Shown here piece by piece: positions 8,390-16,456 of a stretch of 64,000 nt of DNA; the stretch's first letter is position 1; each line of letters starts with the position of its first letter. The notes beneath the pieces are model-generated. The model saw only the letters and a program-made list of their open reading frames with translations, was not told the DNA's origin and searched no databases. The stretch is from Chthoniobacterales bacterium (GTDB lineage Bacteria; Verrucomicrobiota; Verrucomicrobiia; Chthoniobacterales; JACTMZ01): positions 5,402-69,401 of the forward strand of contig JBIJDZ010000002.1 of the NCBI GenBank assembly GCA_044343805.1. The letters run 5' to 3'. A program made the position numbers and the translations under genes.

Positions 8390-10995
8390 CGCCGTGCGGC
8401 CAAGACGCGCGCCAATTCGCATCCGGCCAGCATTCCCAGGCACATGCCGCCGACCATGGCGGCGTAAGTGAGGAAAAATTGGGCGGAGGGATTGGTGACG
8501 GGTAGTCCCGCCAGCGCGAGGGCGCCCAGCTCCATGCCCGCGAACATGCCGATCAGACCGGCTATCCAGCACCAGACGCGTCCTGATATAGAGCGTGCCG
8601 TCTCACGTTCGAGGAACAGGCCAGGGAGCGCGGCGACCAGCATTGAGGCATCCATCCACGTGAAGTTGATGAGGAGACCGAGGCCCATGTTCGACTTGGC
8701 GCATCCACAGAGACAAACGCCGTCCCGCACCACGGCGGCAAAACCCGCATCGGCGCACCAGCCCGCCAGCATCGCGAGTCCGCCCACCGAGAACATGGCC
8801 ATCGTCATGCGGGCGGGAGCGGACCAGACGCGTTGACGCGACCACAGCAGCACGATTACAGCAGCGGAAAGGAACAGTGCGATGAAACCGAAAGCCGGCA
8901 CGGCACCGAACCCGCCGAGCCAGGCAATCGCCGGGCCTTGGGCCGCCAAAGCGCAGGCAAACACCGTGCGCTCAAGCTTCGGAAAATTCCAACCGGGCCC
9001 GGCGGGTGATTTTTTTGCCGCGGCGCGGGCGGAGGATTTGGCCAAGGCGTTGTCCGAGGTCTCGTGAAGCACACGCCAAGTGACGGTCATGCTGGAGACA
9101 AGCATGATGAGCGCGGCGGCGATGGGATGCAGTAATCCGGCTGCGGCGAGGCTGATCCCGATGACATTGTAAGCAGCCGCAAACGCAAGGTTCCGGCGGA
9201 TGGCACGAAGGGTGGCGCGGCAGAGCGAGATGGCAGTGGGAATGGATCGTAGATCCAAGCCTGCTAATTCGGCAGACGCGGTTTCGCGGGGCAGTTCGCT
9301 GCCCGAGGTGAGAGCAATGCTGGCCGAAGAGGCGGCCATGGCCGGGGCATCGTTGATTCCGTCCCCGATGAAGAGCACGGTTCGACCTGCATTTTTGAGT
9401 TTTACGATTTCTTCCAGTTTTCTTTCGGGTGAGAGGCCGGCGAAGCATTCATCAAAGTTGAACCGCTCGGCATTTCTGGCTTGGTCTCCGGTCATCACGA
9501 TCGTGCGGATTCCGAGATTTTTCATTTGCTCCATCGAATCACGCGCTGTGTCGCGCAGAGATTCCCGAAGAACTGCCAGTCCGCAAAGGGTTCCGTTGAG
9601 GAGGATGAAAATTTCATGCCCGTCCGCAATCGGGGGCAATAGACTGCGTAAGGCGGAGGGCTCATCGGAAGTACCCAGAATGGTTGAGTTTCCGATCTGC
9701 ATGATGGATCCATCGGGGAGAGTGCCTTCGATTCCCTGGCCGGGAAGCACATGAAGATCACGGGCGAGGAGAGGCGGGGCGTGGTTGGCAGTGGTGCGGA
9801 AAGCCCGGGCGATGGGATGGGTGCTGCCGGCTTCAATGGCAGCAATTTGTTGCCGAAGTTGACGGCGATCAAAGCCGGGAGCGCACACAAAGTCCACCAA
9901 GCGGGCCTCGCTTTCGCTGAGCGTGCCGGTTTTGTCAAAGACAGCCGTGTCGGTGCGCGCCAATTCCTCGATCGTGTCTCCGGAGCGGGCGAAAAGTCCG
10001 CGTTTGGCAAGCGATGCCAAGGCCGACCAGATGGCGACCGGGGTGGCCAGACCCATCGAACAGGGGCAAGCGATGAGCAAAACGGCAAGACCGTTGAAAA
10101 CTCCGATGATCCAACCGCTATGAAGAGTCCATCCGATCGTGGTCAGAACCGAAACCAGCATGACTGTCGGCAAAAACCAAGTCACCAAGCGATCGGCCTC
10201 GCGTTGGATGTGAGCGGGACGGCGCCGTGCTTCTTCGACCGATTGCAAGAGGGAGTCGAGACGCCGGGAGCGTCCGGCGGAGTTTGCGCTGACAATCACC
10301 GAACTGTCTTCCACGCGACTGCCCGCGAGAACGTCGTCACCGGCGCGTTTGACAACGGGATATGGTTCCCCGGTGAGAGCGGCCTCGGAGACCATGGCCG
10401 TGCCCTCGGCGATCTGGCCATCAACAGGAATCCCTTGTCCGGCGGCAACGAAGACGTGATCCCCGGCGGAGATTTTATCAACTGGAACTAGCTCCCGTCG
10501 ACCGCAGCACGTGATGCGTTCGCAGGTGTCAAAGGCTGCACCCAGCCGGCGGATGGAATCTTGAAGGGCGCTGCGACGGCGTTGGGCCAGTAATGTTCCG
10601 AAGGTGTAAATCGCCACCAAGACGGCGACAATTTCGTAGTAAATGTGACCCTCGCCAGTAATGGAGCTGTGCACCGATGCGGCGAAGGCGCCAAACATCC
10701 CGGCGAGAAAGAGCTGTTCGAAGACAAGGAGGCCCCGCCGCGCGGCCTGCCATGACTCACGCAGCACGGGAAGCCCGGCGAGAAAGAAAACACCGAGCGC
10801 CGACGCTGCCAAAGCCCCGTGAATGATCCATCGCGCTGTGCCGGTCACGGGCGAGAGATTAACTGCCAGACTGAAAATCATGGCTTGGGCGGCGAGAAGC
10901 CCCGCAATACCAAGGAGCAACCATCGTCGGGCATCCTTTTGCAGACGTGAATCGTCATCGTCGGAGCAGAGGTTGCTGTGACAACAAGCGGACAT
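8386..10995 (-). CDS. P1B-type heavy-metal (Cu+-type signature) translocating ATPase with a fused ~200-aa C-terminal polytopic Met/Cys-rich domain
   Basis: Core motifs: TGEP, CPC (LIACPCSMGLATP), DKTGTLS, MTGD, GDGINDAPA. TM7/8 signatures match Cu(I) pumps: N-x6-YN and P-x6-M-x2-SS. The N-terminus is Cys-rich (MSACCHSNLC) rather than an HMA domain. ATG at 10995; the track uses TTG at 11031. Confidence 0.85.
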   Translation of the reverse strand: MSACCHSNLCSDDDDSRLQKDARRWLLLGIAGLLAAQAMIFSLAVNLSPVTGTARWIIHGALAASALGVFFLAGLPVLRESWQAARRGLLVFEQLFLAGMFGAFAASVHSSITGEGHIYYEIVAVLVAIYTFGTLLAQRRRSALQDSIRRLGAAFDTCERITCCGRRELVPVDKISAGDHVFVAAGQGIPVDGQIAEGTAMVSEAALTGEPYPVVKRAGDDVLAGSRVEDSSVIVSANSAGRSRRLDSLLQSVEEARRRPAHIQREADRLVTWFLPTVMLVSVLTTIGWTLHSGWIIGVFNGLAVLLIACPCSMGLATPVAIWSALASLAKRGLFARSGDTIEELARTDTAVFDKTGTLSESEARLVDFVCAPGFDRRQLRQQIAAIEAGSTHPIARAFRTTANHAPPLLARDLHVLPGQGIEGTLPDGSIMQIGNSTILGTSDEPSALRSLLPPIADGHEIFILLNGTLCGLAVLRESLRDTARDSMEQMKNLGIRTIVMTGDQARNAERFNFDECFAGLSPERKLEEIVKLKNAGRTVLFIGDGINDAPAMAASSASIALTSGSELPRETASAELAGLDLRSIPTAISLCRATLRAIRRNLAFAAAYNVIGISLAAAGLLHPIAAALIMLVSSMTVTWRVLHETSDNALAKSSARAAAKKSPAGPGWNFPKLERTVFACALAAQGPAIAWLGGFGAVPAFGFIALFLSAAVIVLLWSRQRVWSAPARMTMAMFSVGGLAMLAGWCADAGFAAVVRDGVCLCGCAKSNMGLGLLINFTWMDASMLVAALPGLFLERETARSISGRVWCWIAGLIGMFAGMELGALALAGLPVTNPSAQFFLTYAAMVGGMCLGMLAGCELARVLAARR

Positions 10996-11052
10996 GAGTG
11001 GACATTTTAGCTTCCGTGCTGTCTGAATCAATGCGTAGACGGCAGCAAATTA

Positions 11053-13149
11053 TCAGGCCACTCCGGCAAAAAGTCGTTTTTCCCAGACCGCCAGACGGGT
11101 TCGGAGCGTGGGTTGTCCGGCCAGCTCAGGATCGGTTTCCAAAAGTGTTCTGGCTCTTTCGCGGGCTTCCTCCAGCAAAGGCAGATCAGAGGGCAGGCGG
11201 GCGAGGCGGACGGGGGGCAGTCCGGTTTGGGCGGTGCCGAGCAGGTCGCCCGGGCCGCGCAGGGCGAGATCGGCTTCGGCGATAGTGAAGCCATCGGCGG
11301 CCTGTTCGAGAATTTTGAGACGCTCGAGTTTTTCGCCCGCTTCCTCGCCGATGAGGAGGATGCACCACGATTTTTCGGTGCCGCGGCCGACGCGTCCGCG
11401 TAGCTGGTGGAGTTGCGCAAGGCCGAAGCGTTCGGCGTTTTCGACGAGCAAAACGGTGGCGTTGGCCACATCGACACCGACTTCAATAACGGTGGTGCTG
11501 ACAAGTATGCGGGTCTCGCCCGCGCGGAACCTTTGCATTATGGCGTCTTTCTCCTCGGCTTTAAGGCGTCCGTGCAGCAGGGCGCAATGATGCGGGGCGA
11601 ACTGCCGGCTCCAGCGTTGGTATTCGGCCGTGGCGGCTTTAAGTTCTGCGCGTTTGCCTTCGTCGATGACTGGATAAACAAAGTAGGCTTGGCGGCCGAC
11701 GTCGAGTTGTTGGCGAACGAAATCTACGGCCTCATCCAGTTTGTCGTGCGGCCGGACCAAGGTACGGACGGGGACGCGCCCCGGCGGCATTTCATCGAGC
11801 ACAGAAAGGTCGAGATCCCCGTAGAGCGTGAGAGCCAAGGTGCGGGGTATGGGCGTGGCCGACATGACCAGCACGTGCGGGTGGGGTGCTTGGGCGGAGA
11901 GTTTGGCGCGCTGGCGCACCCCAAATTTGTGCTGCTCATCGATGACGACGAGCGCCGGATGGCCCAAGGCGTGGGGGGCAAAGAGCAGGGCGTGGGTGCC
12001 GATGATGATACGGGGGCCGGCGGCGTCGGACTTTTCCCGCCGTGCGGCGGTGCGCAGCGCGACGGGGATGTCGAGGGGTCCGAGCAGTTTGCGGAAGTTC
12101 TCGTAATGTTGGTGGGCGAGGACTTGGGTGGGGGCCATCAAAGCGGCCGAGTGCCCCGCGGCGATAACTCCAAGCATGGCGGTGGCTGCAACGATGGTTT
12201 TGCCGCTCCCGACATCTCCGTGCAAGAGACGGTTCATGGGCTGTCCCTTCCCGAGGTCGTCGAAAATTCGCGTAAGCACACGTTTTTGGGCACCGGTCAA
12301 GGCAAAGGGGATGGACTCTTTGACGAAGCGGTTGAGTAGGGGGCTGCGCCGGGGAATGACTGGGGCGGAACCTGCGCTTTGGCGCTTGCGTTGTTGTGCG
12401 AGAATACACTGCATTTCGAAGAGTTCCTCGCGGGCGAGGTGAGCCCGGGCTGTTTCAAGATCATCCCATGAAGCAGGGAAATGGATGTCGCGAAGAGCGA
12501 TAGCGGTGGTGATGTTGCGGTCGGCTGAGCTGGCCGACCCTGCCGAGGGAGAGGACCAGAGATCGGGAATTTCGCTGTCGGAGAGTTGTGCGAGTGTTTC
12601 AAAAATGAGCCGTCGCAGCATGCGGGGACTCCACGCCCCAATCGATGGATAAACCGGCGCGATACGATTGAGGTGGATGAGTTCGCTGTCGGGCGCATCG
12701 GGTTCTAGGACTTCAAAGTCGGGGTGATCGAAGATGAGACCGCCTTTTTTCAACGTACGGGCCCGCCCGTGAATGACGAGATCCTGACCGGCTTGGAGAA
12801 TTTTTGACATGTAGCGGATATTGAACCAGCGGCAGCGCACCGTGGCAGACATTGCTCCGCCAGCAGGTTCGGCCAGCGTGAGTGTGAACTGGCACCGGCG
12901 GCCGAAGCGGGTCATCTTTGTCTCAAGGATCGTGCCGCGCAGACAAAGGGGTTGTTCGGGTGCTTGCGACGGGAATGCGGGGAACTTTTGTCGCTCTTCA
13001 TGCCGCCGTGGGTAGTGGTGCAAAAGGTCATGCACATTCTGCAGGCTTGCATCTTCGAAAGCTTTCAGCTTAGCCCCGGTGACGCGCGGCAACTCGGACA
13101 GTGCCGTGTCCCAGAATATCAAGGATTCTGCCACGGTCGCGTCAATCAA
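11053..13149 (-). CDS. recG: ATP-dependent DNA helicase RecG
   Basis: GDVGSGKT Walker A, DEQHKFGV, the RecG wedge/OB N-terminus (LHHYPRRHEER) and the C-terminal helicase motifs QLHQLRGRVGRG. The start is uncertain. TTG 13149 or GTG 13134 avoid the 89-nt overlap with arsR that the ATG at 13230 would create. Confidence 0.88.
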   Translation of the reverse strand: MIDATVAESLIFWDTALSELPRVTGAKLKAFEDASLQNVHDLLHHYPRRHEERQKFPAFPSQAPEQPLCLRGTILETKMTRFGRRCQFTLTLAEPAGGAMSATVRCRWFNIRYMSKILQAGQDLVIHGRARTLKKGGLIFDHPDFEVLEPDAPDSELIHLNRIAPVYPSIGAWSPRMLRRLIFETLAQLSDSEIPDLWSSPSAGSASSADRNITTAIALRDIHFPASWDDLETARAHLAREELFEMQCILAQQRKRQSAGSAPVIPRRSPLLNRFVKESIPFALTGAQKRVLTRIFDDLGKGQPMNRLLHGDVGSGKTIVAATAMLGVIAAGHSAALMAPTQVLAHQHYENFRKLLGPLDIPVALRTAARREKSDAAGPRIIIGTHALLFAPHALGHPALVVIDEQHKFGVRQRAKLSAQAPHPHVLVMSATPIPRTLALTLYGDLDLSVLDEMPPGRVPVRTLVRPHDKLDEAVDFVRQQLDVGRQAYFVYPVIDEGKRAELKAATAEYQRWSRQFAPHHCALLHGRLKAEEKDAIMQRFRAGETRILVSTTVIEVGVDVANATVLLVENAERFGLAQLHQLRGRVGRGTEKSWCILLIGEEAGEKLERLKILEQAADGFTIAEADLALRGPGDLLGTAQTGLPPVRLARLPSDLPLLEEARERARTLLETDPELAGQPTLRTRLAVWEKRLFAGVA

Positions 13150-13429
13150 CTGGGGAATCCCAGAGCAAATCGATCGTTCCCAGCAGAGTGCCGGCGCGGC
13201 GGGTTGGGTAAAGCTGCACGCGCCGACCATCGGCCCGTTTTTTGATCAGTCCGACTTCGTGCAAGCGGCGGGCGTGCTCGGATACAGTGGATATATCGAT
13301 CCCGCATTCCCGAGCCACTTCCTCCACGCACATGTAGCCGCGTGTTTGGAGGAGGCGGAGGATTTCGATCCGGCGATGGTTGGCCAAACCGCTCGCAAGC
13401 TTTGCTCTGCCACGATCATTGTTCGCCAT
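13142..13429 (-). CDS. ArsR/SmtB-family metalloregulator (winged HTH)
   Basis: 95 aa. LANHRRIEILRLLQTRGYMCVEEVARECGIDISTVSEHARRLHEVGLI is a classic ArsR HTH with a single Cys at the ELCV-like position. Confidence 0.8.
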   Translation of the reverse strand: MANNDRGRAKLASGLANHRRIEILRLLQTRGYMCVEEVARECGIDISTVSEHARRLHEVGLIKKRADGRRVQLYPTRRAGTLLGTIDLLWDSPVD

Positions 13430-13450
13430 ATGGGAGATTTATACAACCAT

Positions 13451-13478
13451 GCACATTTTGCCAAAAGTCAAAATGTGC
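13451..13478. promoter_or_regulatory. Perfect 10-bp inverted repeat upstream of arsR (candidate operator, or terminator of the upstream gene)
   Basis: GCACATTTTG-ccaaaagt-CAAAATGTGC lies 22 nt upstream of the arsR ATG and 12 nt downstream of the glycosyltransferase stop. Confidence 0.35.
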
Positions 13479-13489
13479 CACGTTCGGCA

Positions 13490-15103
13490 TTAATTTTCAG
13501 ACATGGAATCGATTTCGGGTTCGTCTTTTTGCAATTTAGGTAGCGGGTCGTTGGGGCGGGCGAGAATGGTAAATGCCGGCAGACGTCGCACCGGGACAAA
13601 TTGGTTTTCGGCTGCATAACGAGCTACCGCGCCGCGGGAGTCGTAGATGTCGGGTTTACTGATGATGATAACCCGCGGGGGGAATTTGAAGCGAATGTCA
13701 TTCCAATCGGGTCCATGCATGGTCCAGAGGCGTCCGGGCAGATCGGCCAGCTTCAGGCCTTGGAGGTAAATAAAAGCGGTGGCGGAATCGGCCGCCCACC
13801 AGACCTCCTTGTTTTCCCGCAAGGCGGCGGCAGCAAGGGTGGCGGCGTTGCGGTAATCATCTTTGGCATGCATGGGATGCCATCGAAGATTTAGGGAAGA
13901 GCCGAGCCACAGAACCGGGAGGGCTAAGGCGGAGAAACGCCAGATGGTTGATTTGCTGGCAAAAGCGAGTTGCATGATTGCAGCCAAGCCAAGAATAAGT
14001 GCCGGGAGGGCGGGGAGGAATTGGCGTGGCAGGGGTCGATGCGCCATGAAAAACAGCGCGGTCAGCAGAATCCAACCCGGCAAAGCCAAGGCCAGCAACC
14101 ATGCGACCAACGGGACCTTGGGGATGCGTTGCCGCATCAGATGTCGCGACATGAAAGCACCGAGTAAAATAATGCACGCGACGAGGGGCAAAAGCGCGGG
14201 CACGTATTTGAGGATAGATTTGATCGGGGCGGTGCGCAGTTCCAATTTCCCGGGGCCAAAGCCGGAAAAGCCGAAAAATTCGTAGGTCACATACATGACG
14301 CCACGGGTGAATTGCTTGAGCATCGTTTCGCCCGTTTCCAAGCCTTTCCAAGTGATGAAGTAGTAGGCCGCGAAAGCGAGCAGAAGAACGGCGCCGATGA
14401 CGAGCTGCCAGCGCATGCGGGACAGACCGACCAATGGTGCCAGTTCGGGCACGAATTCATCCTTTTGGCTGGCGTGAAACCATAGCCAGCTGAAAGCCAG
14501 CAAAAAACCGCACGCCCAGAGTGCGCCGAGGGGACTGGATGAAAAAAGCAGCAGCAAAGGGACTCCGGCAACCTGCAAGCTGAAATTTGGAGGTTCTGTC
14601 GAAGTAGTCAGGCGCACAATGCCCGCCGCCAGCCAGCAGGCGGCGGCATACTGCAAGAGATAAGCACGGGTCTCGTCGAGATACATCCAGACGACGGGGC
14701 TGAACGCGGAGAGCAAACAGGCTGTGACCGCAAGCCGTGGTTTGTGCCGCAAGAGGATGAGGAAAGCCAGCTGAGCGAGGGCAAACCAAGGGAGGTTCGA
14801 GGCACGCATGGCCCACTCGCCGCTCCCGAAGATTTTGTGCCAAGCGAAGAGGTAAAGATTGTAAATCGGCGATTCGAGGGCTGCTCCACCCACGACTTGC
14901 GCATTTTTCAATGCTTCGGCCGGCGTTTTTCCCATGGCGACAACCAGCGAAGCAGCTTCGCCGGTCCAGTAACTCTGGGAGGTGATGGCGAGCGCGCCGA
15001 TCAGCATCGAAGCAGCCATCACCGCGGTGCTGAGGCCTTTCGTGATTTCCAAATGAAACCGCGGCGCCGGGGAAGCGGGTGGAGGGATAGAGCTAACGAC
15101 CAT
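13490..15103 (-). CDS. GT-C fold membrane glycosyltransferase (ArnT/PMT, GT39-like)
   Basis: Polytopic, about 537 aa, with an N-terminal region resembling ArnT/PMT_2 proteins (SPIYNLYLFAWHKIFG, ASNLPWF) and a soluble C-terminal domain. The ATG at 15103 is chosen to leave a divergent promoter gap; longer starts up to 15316 are possible. Confidence 0.5.
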   Translation of the reverse strand: MVVSSIPPPASPAPRFHLEITKGLSTAVMAASMLIGALAITSQSYWTGEAASLVVAMGKTPAEALKNAQVVGGAALESPIYNLYLFAWHKIFGSGEWAMRASNLPWFALAQLAFLILLRHKPRLAVTACLLSAFSPVVWMYLDETRAYLLQYAAACWLAAGIVRLTTSTEPPNFSLQVAGVPLLLLFSSSPLGALWACGFLLAFSWLWFHASQKDEFVPELAPLVGLSRMRWQLVIGAVLLLAFAAYYFITWKGLETGETMLKQFTRGVMYVTYEFFGFSGFGPGKLELRTAPIKSILKYVPALLPLVACIILLGAFMSRHLMRQRIPKVPLVAWLLALALPGWILLTALFFMAHRPLPRQFLPALPALILGLAAIMQLAFASKSTIWRFSALALPVLWLGSSLNLRWHPMHAKDDYRNAATLAAAALRENKEVWWAADSATAFIYLQGLKLADLPGRLWTMHGPDWNDIRFKFPPRVIIISKPDIYDSRGAVARYAAENQFVPVRRLPAFTILARPNDPLPKLQKDEPEIDSMSEN

Positions 15104-15197
15104 CGGCGGAAAATCTGTCCGCCGGCCGCGAAAAAGGAAAGACCGAAGGAGCGCGTGCGTGATTGCCACGTCGCGGCGAAGGGTCTTTGATGCTGCC

Positions 15198-15662
15198 ATG
15201 AATGCAGTGTCGAGGGTATTGGCGATTTTGGTTCTGGGCTGTTTGTTTATCCGGACAACGACAGCCCGGGAGCCGCAGCCGCCTTTGCCCGAGGTCTCAC
15301 TTCGCGTCGGCAGCACATCATTGCAGGTTGAGGTGGCCGATGAGGACCATGAACGCGTCGCGGGCCTAATGTATCGGACCGATCTGGACGAAGGGAGGGG
15401 GATGCTTTTTGTGTTTCCCGCTCCTCAGCCTATGGGATTCTGGATGCGCAATACGACAATCCCTCTCTCGATCGCCTACATCAACGCTGCCGGGGTCATT
15501 CGCGAAATCCATGACCTGCAGCCCCTTCATGAAGTCCCGACCGAGAGTACTTTTCGCGATTTGGTCTATGCGCTGGAGGTGCCGCAGGGCTGGTTTTCCC
15601 GCCACAAAGTTCTCCCTGGGGACAAAATCCTCGGGTTGCCGGCGGCTTCCTTGGCGCGCTGA
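15198..15662 (+). CDS. DUF192 domain protein (secreted)
   Basis: Signal peptide, then LQVEVADEDHERVAGLMYR...GMLFVF...GFWMRNTTIPLSIAYI...YALEV, the characteristic DUF192 pattern. Confidence 0.75.
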   Translation: MNAVSRVLAILVLGCLFIRTTTAREPQPPLPEVSLRVGSTSLQVEVADEDHERVAGLMYRTDLDEGRGMLFVFPAPQPMGFWMRNTTIPLSIAYINAAGVIREIHDLQPLHEVPTESTFRDLVYALEVPQGWFSRHKVLPGDKILGLPAASLAR

Positions 15663-15798
15663 AAAATGCAGGTTCGTTTCGGGTGTCGTTAAAGCGCAAA
15701 AATTTTCCTCACAGAGGCAAAAACTTTGTTGCTATTAGCAGGGTTAATAATACGCTGCATGCGCTCCGTGGATCTCCGCGGAGCATTTCGTTAAAGGG

Positions 15799-16452
15799 AT
15801 GGCTAATTTTTTTCCAAGTTGGACGAATCAACTGCCGTTGAAAGTGTTGGTTATCGCGTTGGTGCTCGGCGCGGTTGTCACCGGCGGCATCTGGTATTAT
15901 TTCACGCCGAAATATACCAACGTCGGCTATATGCCGGAGCAGCCGGCGCCCTTCTCACACGCCATCCATGTAGAGCAGCTTGGTATGGACTGTCGCTACT
16001 GCCACAGCCATGTCGAGGTGGCCGGGCATTCGAACGTGCCCAGCACACAGACATGCATGGCGTGCCATTCGCAGATCAAAGCACAAAGCCCGAAGCTCGC
16101 CGCCGTGCGCGCCAGCTGGGAAACCGGCACCCCTGTGCAGTGGGTGCGAATCCACAAAGCCCCCGATTATGTTTACTTCAATCACGCGGCACACGTGAAC
16201 CGCGGGGTGAGCTGCTACAGCTGTCACGGCCAGATCAATGAAATGCCGGTGGTTTACCAAGCCGAGCCGCTCAGCATGTCGTGGTGTCTGGACTGTCACC
16301 GCGCACCCGAGCAACACCTGCGCCCGCCTTCCGTGGTTTACAATTTGAACTGGCGCCCGGCTTCCTCCGACGAACAGTTGGCCATGGGCGTGCAATACAA
16401 GAAAGAATGGAAAGTTAACCCGCCGGTCGGCTGCGGCGGGTGTCACCGCTAA
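15799..16452 (+). CDS. actA: Alternative Complex III subunit ActA, pentaheme cytochrome c
   Basis: N-terminal TM plus five CxxCH motifs (CRYCH, CMACH, CYSCH, CLDCH, CGGCH). First gene of the act cluster. Confidence 0.85.
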   Translation: MANFFPSWTNQLPLKVLVIALVLGAVVTGGIWYYFTPKYTNVGYMPEQPAPFSHAIHVEQLGMDCRYCHSHVEVAGHSNVPSTQTCMACHSQIKAQSPKLAAVRASWETGTPVQWVRIHKAPDYVYFNHAAHVNRGVSCYSCHGQINEMPVVYQAEPLSMSWCLDCHRAPEQHLRPPSVVYNLNWRPASSDEQLAMGVQYKKEWKVNPPVGCGGCHR

Positions 16453-16456
16453 AAGC

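Noticed and set aside
13150-13230. ATG-initiated N-terminal extension of recG
   Set aside because: It would overlap the arsR coding region by 89 nt on the same strand and adds residues with no RecG counterpart. Downstream TTG or GTG starts fit better. The true start remains unverified.
15663-15798. Possible promoter (TTGTTG...TAATAAT-like) and the small palindrome CTCCGCGGAG upstream of actA
   Set aside because: The matches to -35/-10 consensus are weak and the phylum's promoter consensus is unknown to me. The evidence is not enough to call a feature.
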